Shown: positions 47,514 to 56,828 of the stretch, in pieces
Position numbering within the stretch: position 1 is the stretch's first letter
Layout of the letters: each line of letters begins with the position of its first letter
Assembly: GCF_032191835.1 (NCBI RefSeq)
Contig: NC_083223.1
Span: 248,372,001 to 248,436,000, forward strand
Source of the DNA: Heteronotia binoei
Lineage: Eukaryota
Length of the DNA: 64,000 nt
Direction of reading: 5' to 3'
The notes under the pieces: model-generated
The model's input: only the letters and a program-made list of their open reading frames with translations
Database searches by the model: none
What the model was told of the DNA's origin: nothing
Program-made: the position numbers and the translations under genes

Positions 47514-50500
47514 TGTAGTGTATGGCGTTCGCAGAACGCAACCAGTTCATAAGGGCCACAACAGCAGAATGACATCAGTCCACCCCAGCCGCGGAGGCAA
47601 CTGAGAAACATCCAGGTGCCTCCGCGCTGGGCGCAACGATCCGCCAATCACAGCTCGTGGCGGGAAATACGGCTGGCCGGCATTGGACCGGCCAGCAGGG
47701 AGAATAGTCCGGCAACTGTATATATGCGGGACCCGGCCCGCGTGCTCTCTCTCTCCATCTTGTATAGTACCATGGAATAAACTATGTTGCCCTACGCTCG
47801 TCTCCAAGTCTGGTACTTTACAGTGGCGACGAGGATGGGATCCTAGCCTCATCGGCTACGACGGAGATCTTGGGCAACGAACGACCGGACACGACCGCCG
47901 CCGCCACCATGGCCAACCAGGGCGGGATCACCGGCTACCTCGAGCCTTTCGACCCTGCAAATCCAGAGGGCTGGGAGTCCTACTCGGAACGGGTCGAGTT
48001 CTACCTCCGGGCCAACAAGATCACCGACGCCGGAGCAAAGAGGGATGCCCTCCTGAGCGTTTGCGGGCCAGCCACGTTCGAGATCGCAAAGGGTCTCTCG
48101 GCGCCCGCCCGCCTGGCGGAGAAATCCTACGAGGAGATCATCAGGCTCCTCACGGGCCATTTCTTGCTGCAGCCCTCACGGGTGGCTCGCAGATTCCTGT
48201 TCCACAGAAGGGACCAGACCGCAGGAGAGTCAGCAGCGGACTACTTGGCGGCCCTCCGCAAACTCGCCGGGAACTGCAACTTTCCCCAGCTGGAGGAAAC
48301 CCTGGCCGACCGATTCACGTGGGGCCTCCGCGATGAAAGGCTCCAACAGAAGCTCTTCGCCAAAGAAGAGCTCACCCTCCAGGGCGCCTTCAGCGAGGCG
48401 GTAGCGTGGGAGAGGACCGCCAGGACGTTTCCCCGGGCCAAGACCGAGACCGCTCACCACGAGGAGCTGGACCCCGAGCACCAGGACGAGGGAGAAGCCT
48501 TCCAGACACGATGCGCCGCAGGACCCGCCGCCCGAGCTCCACAGCGCCCCCGAGCCCACGAACGGCCGAGTCAGCGCACCAGCGAAAGGGCCAAATGCGC
48601 CAGCTGCGGCGACCCCCACGATCGGCGGGACTGCCAGTACCGGACCTGGGACTGTAGGAGCTGCGGGAAGACCGGCCACATCGCGCGAGCCTGCCGAGCC
48701 AAGCTCAACCGCCCGCGGCCGACCGCCCACCACGAGGCCGCCGAGTCCCACTCCACCGCCTCCACCTCACTTCAGGTACTGAATTTGCCCCTGACCACCC
48801 CCAACAAGATAACGATGGCGGTCCTCATAGACGGGGCCCCCTGCACCATGGAAGTGGACTCAGGCTCCTCCATCTCCATAATTGCGGAGGAGACCCTGAG
48901 AAGGCTACGCCCCGGCCAGGGGCTGCAGCTGCGACCGGCAAATTTCATATTGCGGGACTTCCAGCAAAACCCGGTCCAAATAGCGGGGTGGGCACGGGTG
49001 CTGGTGGAGCGGGGGTCCTTCAGAGGGCCCCTAGACATCCTGGTGGTCAGGCGGCCGCTTACCACCCTGTTGGGTCTTGCATGGTTTGGCCCCTTGGGAA
49101 TCCGAGTAGAGGTGGCGCGCACAGCCACAGCAGGAGGGTTCGGGGAGGTGTGCGGAGAGTTCCCCGACGTATTCGATGGGTCGCTGGGTAGTTACAAGGG
49201 CCCGGCCATCTCCCTACCGCTCGACCCGACGGTCAGACCGATCCGGCTCAAGGCAAGGAGGGTCCCCTTCGCCTTGAAGCCCAAGATCGAGGCAGAGTTG
49301 GACCGCCTAGTAGCCCAAGGGGTCCTGGAGCCAGTCGATTACGCCATGTGGGAGACCCCCATAGTGACCCCGGTCAAACCAAATGGGGACGTGCGGATAT
49401 GTGCCGATTACAAGTGCACAATTAACAAAGCGCTCCAAGACAACCCATACCCGGTGCCAGTAGTCAGCCACGTCCTGGCAGCCCTGGCGGGGTCAAAGAT
49501 TTTCGGGAAGCTGGACCTGGCACAAGCCTACCAGCAGCTCCCAGTGGACGCTAAAACGGCCGAGGCACAGACGATAGTTACCCACAGGGGGGCGTTCAGG
49601 GTTAACCGGTTGCAGTTTGGGGTCAGCGTGGCTCCGGGGATCTTCCAGAGTATAATGGATGCTCTCCTTAAAGGGATCCCCGGAGTCCAGCCGTTTTTCG
49701 ACGATGTTTTAATCGCCGCCCCGGACCCTGAGGAATTCCGCAACCGCCTGCGAGAGGTGCTCCGCCGTTTCCAAGCCGCTGGACTAAAAGTTAAGAGGGA
49801 GAAGTGTATGCTGGGGGTGCCACGGGTGGAGTTCCTGGGTTTCGCAGTGGACGCGGAAGGAATCCACCCGACAGAGGAAAAGACCAGGGCCATTGTTCAA
49901 GCCCCAGCCCCCACGTGTAAAGCGGAGCTACAGAGCTTCCTGGGGGTCCTCAATTTCTACCACACGTTCATACCCCACAAGGCGGCTCTCGCCGAACCCC
50001 TACACCGATTACTGGACAAAAAAGCTCCATGGGTGTGGGGGAAGAAGCAAGCCGCCGCCTTCCAGGCAGTTAAAGACGTTCTGGTTTCCAACGGGGTGCT
50101 GCACCACTTCGACGAGCGCCTTCCGGTCATCTTGGCTTGCGATGCATCGCCGTACGGGGTGGGCGCAGTCCTGGGGCACCAGTTACCGGATGGCCGGGAG
50201 GTTCCGGTCGCATACTACTCACGCACCCTGACTTCGGCAGAACGGAACTATGCACAAATCGACAAGGAGGCCCTGGCCATAGTAGCGGGGGTCCATAAAT
50301 TCAACGATTATTTGTATGGGCGCCGGTTCACAATAGCGACGGACCATAAGCCGCTTTTGGGTCTGTTGGCCCCAGACCGACAAACTCCCCAAATCCTGTC
50401 CCAGAGGGTGTTGAGGTGGAATCAATTCCTCAACTCGTACACCTACACGCTGGTACACAGGGCGGGCAAGGCAATGGGTCACGCGGACGCTCTCAGCCGG

Positions 50501-52227
50501 TTGCCGCTCCCTGACACAGGCCCCGATCCAGCCCCAGCACACCAGGTCATGTCGATCGAGTCGCTTCCGGAGCAGCCCCTCCACGCGGCGGAGGTGGCTA
50601 GAGCCACCGGAAAAAACAAAACCCTAGCACGGGTGCTCGACTGGGTGGTGAGGGGGTGGCCAGAGGGGAACATGGGGGAAGAGTTCAAACCCTACAAAAT
50701 GCGAAGGGAGGAACTCACAGCCCACAAAGGGTGCCTACTATGGGGGAGCAGGGTAGTGGTCCCCCCCCCTCTACAGAAACGGGTCTTAGAATCACTCCAC
50801 GAAACACACCCAGGCATAGTGAGAATGAAGGCCCTGGCCAGGAGCTACGTATGGTGGCCGGGGATGGACGGGGAGATAGAGAACTGGGTCCGGAGATGCA
50901 GCACATGCCAGGAGTCGCGGCCGGATCCACCCAGCGCCCCGGCTACACGGTGGGAGACCACAAGGAAACCGTGGTCCCGGCTCCACATTGATTTTGCCGG
51001 GCCGTTCCAGGGACAGATCTTCCTAATCATTGTAGATGCATACACCAAATGGTTAGAGGTCGTTCCCGTAGGGTCTACTTCGTCAGCAGCAGCCATTAGA
51101 GCATTACGCAGGGTCCTGTGCACCCACGGTATTCCGGACACCATAGTCTCGGACAACGGGGCAGCGTTCACCTCGGGGGACTTCCAGGCGTTCCTCCAGA
51201 GGTACCTCATTAGACACATCCGGTCAGCCCCCTTCCACCCGGCCACCAACGGCCAGGCCGAGCGGATGGTCCGAACAACAAAAGAGGCCCTGGGAAGGGT
51301 AGTGCAAGGCGATTGGGACCACCGACTAGCCGCGTTCCTCTTCGACAACTGGGTCATCCCAAACCCAGTCACCGGGGTCAGCCCAGCCGAGCTCCTCATG
51401 GGACGCAAGCTCACCACAAGGCTAGATCGGCTAAACCCCGACAGAGCCCCCGACGTGCGAGGGTCCCCGGAGGTCAGAGACGCGGCTAGGGGGTTCTTCG
51501 CAGGGGATCCAGTGTTCGCCCGCAACTACGCTGCAGGCCCCGAGTGGGTAGCCGGGCGGGTACTACGGGTCGTGGGTTCCCGCCACTATGAGGTATCCAC
51601 CGAGGGGGGCCAGATCCTACACCGGCATATCGACCAGTTACGCCGCCGGACTCTCCCAGAGGTACCCACGGAAACGAGGGAGGGGGCAGGGTCCGAGGGG
51701 CACCCAATGACACCTGCACCGACACCACGGCCACACACACCGGCAGAGGCGGACCAACCCTCGGACCCCGACCCACAACCCAACAACGCTCAAACCCCCG
51801 GGGAAACCCCAGAGGCGGAAGTAGCCCCGGCACCACAAGCAACTCCCAGGCGTTCAACACGGGAGCGCCGTCCTCCCGCCTACCTCCAGGACTATGTCAC
51901 TAACTAAGGGGGGAGGAGTGTAGTGTATGGCGTTCGCAGAACGCAACCAGTTCATAAGGGCCACAACAGCAGAATGACATCAGTCCACCCCAGCCGCGGA
52001 GGCAACTGAGAAACATCCAGGTGCCTCCGCGCTGGGCGCAACGATCCGCCAATCACAGCTCGTGGCGGGAAATACGGCTGGCCGGCATTGGACCGGCCAG
52101 CAGGGAGAATAGTCCGGCAACTGTATATATGCGGGACCCGGCCCACGTGCTCTCTCTCTCCATCTTGTATAGTACCATGGAATAAACTATGTTGCCCTAC
52201 GCTCGTCTCCAAGTCTGGTACTTTACA
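47514..52227 (+). mobile_element. Full-length Ty3/Gypsy LTR retrotransposon (Mag-like, two CCHC knuckles), 4714 bp
   Basis: LTRs 47514-47822 and 51919-52227 (309 bp, TG...CA, one mismatch at 47740/52145); TSD GGGGC; PBS TGGCGACGAGGATGGGAT 47824-47841, complementary to the tRNA-Ser(GCT) 3' end; PPT AAGGGGGGAGGAG 51906-51918; LTR CCAAT, TATATAT and AATAAA. Confidence 0.98.
47909..51907 (+). CDS. Uninterrupted Gag-Pol polyprotein of the Gypsy element (1332 aa)
   Basis: Kozak gccgccaccATGG; Gag with CASC...H...C and CRSC...H...C; protease VDSG; RT LDLAQAYQQL...FFDD; RNase H CDASPYG...TDHKPL; integrase HETH...CSTC, IDFAG, SDNG, QAERMV; no stop or frameshift. Confidence 0.95.
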   Translation: MANQGGITGYLEPFDPANPEGWESYSERVEFYLRANKITDAGAKRDALLSVCGPATFEIAKGLSAPARLAEKSYEEIIRLLTGHFLLQPSRVARRFLFHRRDQTAGESAADYLAALRKLAGNCNFPQLEETLADRFTWGLRDERLQQKLFAKEELTLQGAFSEAVAWERTARTFPRAKTETAHHEELDPEHQDEGEAFQTRCAAGPAARAPQRPRAHERPSQRTSERAKCASCGDPHDRRDCQYRTWDCRSCGKTGHIARACRAKLNRPRPTAHHEAAESHSTASTSLQVLNLPLTTPNKITMAVLIDGAPCTMEVDSGSSISIIAEETLRRLRPGQGLQLRPANFILRDFQQNPVQIAGWARVLVERGSFRGPLDILVVRRPLTTLLGLAWFGPLGIRVEVARTATAGGFGEVCGEFPDVFDGSLGSYKGPAISLPLDPTVRPIRLKARRVPFALKPKIEAELDRLVAQGVLEPVDYAMWETPIVTPVKPNGDVRICADYKCTINKALQDNPYPVPVVSHVLAALAGSKIFGKLDLAQAYQQLPVDAKTAEAQTIVTHRGAFRVNRLQFGVSVAPGIFQSIMDALLKGIPGVQPFFDDVLIAAPDPEEFRNRLREVLRRFQAAGLKVKREKCMLGVPRVEFLGFAVDAEGIHPTEEKTRAIVQAPAPTCKAELQSFLGVLNFYHTFIPHKAALAEPLHRLLDKKAPWVWGKKQAAAFQAVKDVLVSNGVLHHFDERLPVILACDASPYGVGAVLGHQLPDGREVPVAYYSRTLTSAERNYAQIDKEALAIVAGVHKFNDYLYGRRFTIATDHKPLLGLLAPDRQTPQILSQRVLRWNQFLNSYTYTLVHRAGKAMGHADALSRLPLPDTGPDPAPAHQVMSIESLPEQPLHAAEVARATGKNKTLARVLDWVVRGWPEGNMGEEFKPYKMRREELTAHKGCLLWGSRVVVPPPLQKRVLESLHETHPGIVRMKALARSYVWWPGMDGEIENWVRRCSTCQESRPDPPSAPATRWETTRKPWSRLHIDFAGPFQGQIFLIIVDAYTKWLEVVPVGSTSSAAAIRALRRVLCTHGIPDTIVSDNGAAFTSGDFQAFLQRYLIRHIRSAPFHPATNGQAERMVRTTKEALGRVVQGDWDHRLAAFLFDNWVIPNPVTGVSPAELLMGRKLTTRLDRLNPDRAPDVRGSPEVRDAARGFFAGDPVFARNYAAGPEWVAGRVLRVVGSRHYEVSTEGGQILHRHIDQLRRRTLPEVPTETREGAGSEGHPMTPAPTPRPHTPAEADQPSDPDPQPNNAQTPGETPEAEVAPAPQATPRRSTRERRPPAYLQDYVTN

Positions 52228-52889
52228 GGGGCAACACAGTATAGTTAACAACTTGCTGCCTATTCTCATTCTGTGCATATGTTACTGGGCATACCGATAA
52301 AAGGTCAGGCAACTCTTCCCTTGTCAAATGCACAGGGCAAATAGACAACATTTCTGCCAGTTCTGGGACATCTTCCAATTTAGCCTGATCAAGTTCCTTC
52401 TCCAAAACTTCACAGACCATGCATCCCAGGGAGTTAGATGGTGGGCCCACGGGTGGATCTGTTGGTGGAGGAGGGGGAGAAGGAGGAGGAAGAAGAGGAG
52501 GGGCAGGGGGCACTAGTTGGACACCAGTGCCTTTTAAGGGACAATCTTTGGAGAGCTGGCTTGGGTTAGAAACGGGCATAAATTTCTCTACTGCATACCT
52601 GCATTTATGCCAGACTTGCAGCAGTTTAACAGAAGCTCAAGGCTCTGTGTGAAAGGTCTTCCCTATCTTCTCCCAGTCCCAAAGTTTAAGAGAACCTCCC
52701 TCTGGGTACCAGGGGCATTGCTTACTGATCTCTTGTAACAGAGTCTTAAGTTGGCCAGAAGTCACGGATCCGCTGGACTTTTGGATCAAAAACTTTAACT
52801 CACCTAAATGTTTCTGCTCAGCCTGAGAAAACCGTCCACCCATACTTACCAAATGAAAGGGGTCATATGGCAGCAGTGTTGCCATAGTG

Positions 52890-53018
52890 ACCATCTCCCT
52901 CACGGCAAGCTACACTTCTCCCCTCCCCATGCCCCAGCGAGCCAAAGTCCTCAGGAAGTCTACTAGCAGCGCGGCAGCTACGCCATGGCCGGCCACCACT
53001 TATGTCTGGATTGGGCTG
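52890..53018. mobile_element. Terminal 129 bp of the same element family as 13988-16213
   Basis: Ungapped hand alignment to 16082-16210 gives about 111/129 identity; ends ctggattgggctg. Confidence 0.8.
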
Positions 53019-53643
53019 AAAATCTTTTTAAAAACACAGTGCAATAAAACAATCAATGGATACAGTAGACAATGCAATAAAACTATTATAAAATTTTGAA
53101 ACAATGCAATAATAATAATAATATTTTATTTATATCCCGCCCTACTCACCGTAGTAGGCTCAGGGTGGCTCACAAACTATGGCATAAAAACAAGTTACAA
53201 TAATAAAACATTATATCCAACAATATACAATTAACGATATTTGCTATTACATTAAAACATTATAATTAAAACCATCAATTTAATTAGATTCTAACAATAA
53301 AACCAGTACAATTAGATTCTAACAATAAAACCAGTACAATACATATAGCCAATGATGCAATAAAACTACCTATTTTTTCACAGACATTAAAACTATAGTC
53401 CTGTTCTCTTTATAAGAATGCCCTCCTGAACATTTTCATTTTGCATGTTCTTCAAAACTATAAAACTATTGGGGCCCCCTCAATTTCTTAAGACCCTAAC
53501 CCATTTCTATTAAATGCTTATAAGGTGTGGGGGGATAAGGATAACATGGTTAGTTTGAAAGTCTGCACTTTTCTTGAGCAAAATGATCTGTAAACATTCC
53601 TGAGTGATGTTGCTTTCTTTGAACCTATAAAGCCCTGGTGTTT

Positions 53644-54161
53644 TAGAGATGCCAATCCCCAGGTGGGAGCAGACCCTCCCCCGCTTCAGAGTTGTCAAAA
53701 ACCGGGGGGGGGGGGGGAGATGTCTGCTGGGCGCTTCATTATTCCCTATGGAGATCGATTCCCATAGGGTATAATGGAGAATTGATCTGAGAATTGATCT
53801 GAGGGTATCTGGGGCTCTGGAGGAGCTGTTTTTTGAGGTAGAAGCACCAGATTTTCAGCATAGCATCCGATGACTCTCCTCATAATGCTCTCCAAGTTTC
53901 AAAACGATTGGACCAGGGGATCCAATTCTATGAGCCCTGAAAGAAGGTACCCCTATCCTTCATTATTTCGAATGTAGGGAAGGCATTTAAAAGGTGTGTG
54001 GTTCCTTTAAATGTGATGGCCAGAACTCCCTTTGGAGTTCAATTGCGCTCGTCACAACTTTGCTTATGGCTCCACCCCCAGTCTCTTGGCTTCACCCTCA
54101 ATGTCTCCTGGCTCCACCCCCAAAGTCCCCAGATTTTTCTTGAATTGGACTTGGCATCCTA
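53644..54161. mobile_element. Non-autonomous hAT (Blackjack-type) element, degenerate
   Basis: Termini tagagatgcca ... tggcatccta; no clean TSD. Confidence 0.65.
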
Positions 54162-54539
54162 TCTTTATCTACAGATTAAGTGAGGGATACCTTCATATCA
54201 AGTCTGTTCAGATATCTCATCAGCTTTAGGCATGCTCTTGGATCACCTGGTAAGCTAATGCTGATTAGACATACCAATGTTTTGGAGAGGGCAAACCTAC
54301 CAGTGATAGATGGCATCACTACCTGTTCAAATTAAAAATCTAGGGATATTCTTGAACCCCCAGAGTCAGTGACCTGGAATAGTTTATTACCTTTATGTAT
54401 TGTTCAAAAGTTCTTTTTCCTCTAAATGTCTAGCCTGGCCTTTCTGAGCCATGTTTCAGGAGTTTCCAGCCTTGACTACTGTAATGTGCCTTACATGGGG
54501 GCTGCCCTGGAAGACAGCCAAGAAGCTTCAACTGTTTCG

Positions 54540-54885
54540 GAAGCCAAAAAGCTTCAATTGGAGAAGAGGAGGTTGAGGGGGGATATGATTGCTAATTTTA
54601 AGTATTTGAAGGGCTGGCACTTAGAGGAGGGCAGGGAGCTGTATGGATTTAAATTAATGGTGGGAAGGTACCAGTTTGATATTAGAAAAAAACTTTTTTA
54701 CAGTAAGAGTCGTTCAACAGTGGAATCAGCTATCAAGGGAGGTGGTGAGATCCCCCTCATTGGCAGTCTTTAAGCAGCAGCTGGACAAACACTTGTCAGG
54801 GATGCTAGGCTGATCCTGCATTGAGCAGGGGGTTGGACTAGATGATTTGTATGACCCCTTCCAACTCTGATTCTATGATTCTAAA
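54540..54885 (+). mobile_element. CR1 3' fragment (preceded by an L2 piece ~54190-54500); further CR1 pieces at ~57930-58100(+) and ~59115-59520(-)
   Basis: LEKRRLRGDMIA.FKYLKG; 3' end ggggttggactagatg...cccttccaactc...(attct)n. Confidence 0.85.
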
Positions 54886-56828
54886 GTGCTCTGGTAAAAG
54901 ATAGCATGGTCATACTTGCACGTGTACCAGCTGCATGTTACCAGTTTGCTTCTGGCCCTAATTCAAAATGCTGATGTTAAAGCTGTTTGCGGTCTTGCAG
55001 TTACATACCTGAAACCACCCTTTTCTATTTGAGCCCATATGCCAGTTAAGAACTGACCTGCTGGCATTATAGGGAGTCATTGGTTGGGTGATATTGTCAG
55101 TGCACTTACCTGGGGCTTTCAAAGTTATATCATCTCTTCTTTGGAACCATGTTCAATGAGATGAGAAATTCCCTGTTAAACATTCATGGAAGATGCTAAA
55201 TTTCCTTCTTCAGTCTGAGCAAAATATGTGATGCAACCCGGCTGAGTCATCTTTACTCTGGCTTATTAATATGTGGTCCCCTTGATATACAGTGATAAGA
55301 TGTGATGATGTTTGATTAGATGGTTTTGTGGCATTTGATTATTTCAATCGATATCTGTTACTGACACAGATGAGCTATTTTTTTTTTGTGGGAGCGGAAG
55401 CCAGCGTGAAAGTTTTCAAAATAAATAGAATGGCAGCATCCCAAATTCAAGGCTGAGTCCAGCAACTGAGCTCCTGTCATGATGTGCCAAGCATTGGATG
55501 GCTGCCCCTGAGGCAAGATTCTCACCTGCCAGTGCTGCCACCCTTAATTTGGTCTCCAGACAGTGATTAAAGGCTGCTGAGGCTGGGCCTGACAATGCCA
55601 ATGTCTTTTTAGCATTCTGGGTTCATTGATTTTTCCCCTTCACTGATCTTCTCCTGCTGAGGACTCCTCCCAACAGGAGCTATTTGCTAGTGCAGGACTG
55701 GCACTGGAGTCTGAAGACTTCAGAGATACCTTCTCTGTGAGGCCAATGAACTGGCAAAGCTCGGGGATGGACTACACTTCCCAGGATGCCATGCAGTTGC
55801 TGGAGTGCAGAGTGTGCAGCGGCTGGGGGAGGGGGGCTCAGCTGTTAGTGAAGAAACAGGCAAGGCAAGGCAGGGGCTCATCAGAGAGCGAGAGGCAGGT
55901 AAGCCAGCATCCTTCATCCTTCCTGGCCCTCCCCTAGTTGCCCAGGCAACACTGCTGCAAGGATCCAGCCTGCTCCAGCTGCTGGTAAAGGACAGGGTGA
56001 CATCTGGTTCTCCTTGACTGCTGGGCTGGGATGCTTTCTCTTGATTGGGGGTGGGGGCAGGAGTGGAGGCCAGCTAGAAGCCCCAGTGCCCAAAAGAAGG
56101 GAGAGAAGCAACAAAGCCCCAGCTTTCCAGCGCTAAAGAGACTGCTGATGGTCAGTGCAGGGGGAGCTCCTGGCCCCTTCACACCATTAGTCCCAGAGAG
56201 GGGCAGAGCAGGCCATTCCATGACTTATCAGCCCCGGCAGTCTCTCCCTCCCTTCTCAAGCTCCTGCCTGTGCCCTGCAGGCTCTTCTAATATTGCCAGT
56301 TCTGGCAAAAACCTTGTAGGCCAGCCAGACTGGGCAGGGCTGCCAACCTCGAATTCTCCTGGATTTTTAACTGATCTCCACTCTAGAGAGATCAGTTCCC
56401 CTGGAGGGAAAGGGCAGCTTCAGAGAGTAGACTCATATCCCACTGTGCTCCCTCCCCTCCTACAACTCCTGCACCCCAAGGCACCACCCTTACTCTCCAG
56501 AAATTTCCCAAGCCAGAACCAGCTACCTGAAGTATGACCCACAGCATGCAAAGTCAGGCTGGGCTTCTTGGGCACCACGACTGAGTTCCTTGTCTGCCTT
56601 CCTCCTCTTCTCCTAGGTTTGCAGACTTTGATGGGAAGGAAGGTGATGATGGTGCAGCTCCTTGTACTCAGAGCCAACTGAGAGAAAGGCCTTGGAGCTC
56701 CTGGGCATGGGGCAGACATCTATGTCCGGGGAGCCTCTCTGTCTGTCTGCTACTCATCCTGGCTGGAGAGAACTATGTCCTGATAGCTGCCTGCCTCCTC
56801 CTTGAGCCAACCCTTCCTCATCTCCAGC

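Larger units (their letters stand above)
47075..52843 (-). mobile_element. Class II (betaretrovirus-like) ERV gag (MA, Pro-rich, CA), split by the Gypsy insertion
   Basis: ATG 52843 MGGRFSQ...CPWYPEGGSLKLWDWEKIGK (betaretroviral MA, Gly2), preceded by GGTAAGT; one in-frame TGA (52637-52639); joins across the TSD as NYTVLP-HSVLSETQKAI; CA ...LTPEQYVAWDSE...QLYGSGQF...MHR QKPQEPYLDFINCLQAAI...NAN. Confidence 0.88.

Noticed and set aside
47683-51860. Overlapping and antisense ORFs inside the Gypsy element
   Set aside because: Expected shadows of a GC-rich, codon-biased ORF; no independent motifs.
40540-56800. PPM1G, the human neighbour of ZNF513
   Set aside because: No PP2C-like exon was recognisable on either strand; the interval is explained by repeats apart from unassigned stretches such as 42000-44500 and 54900-56800.
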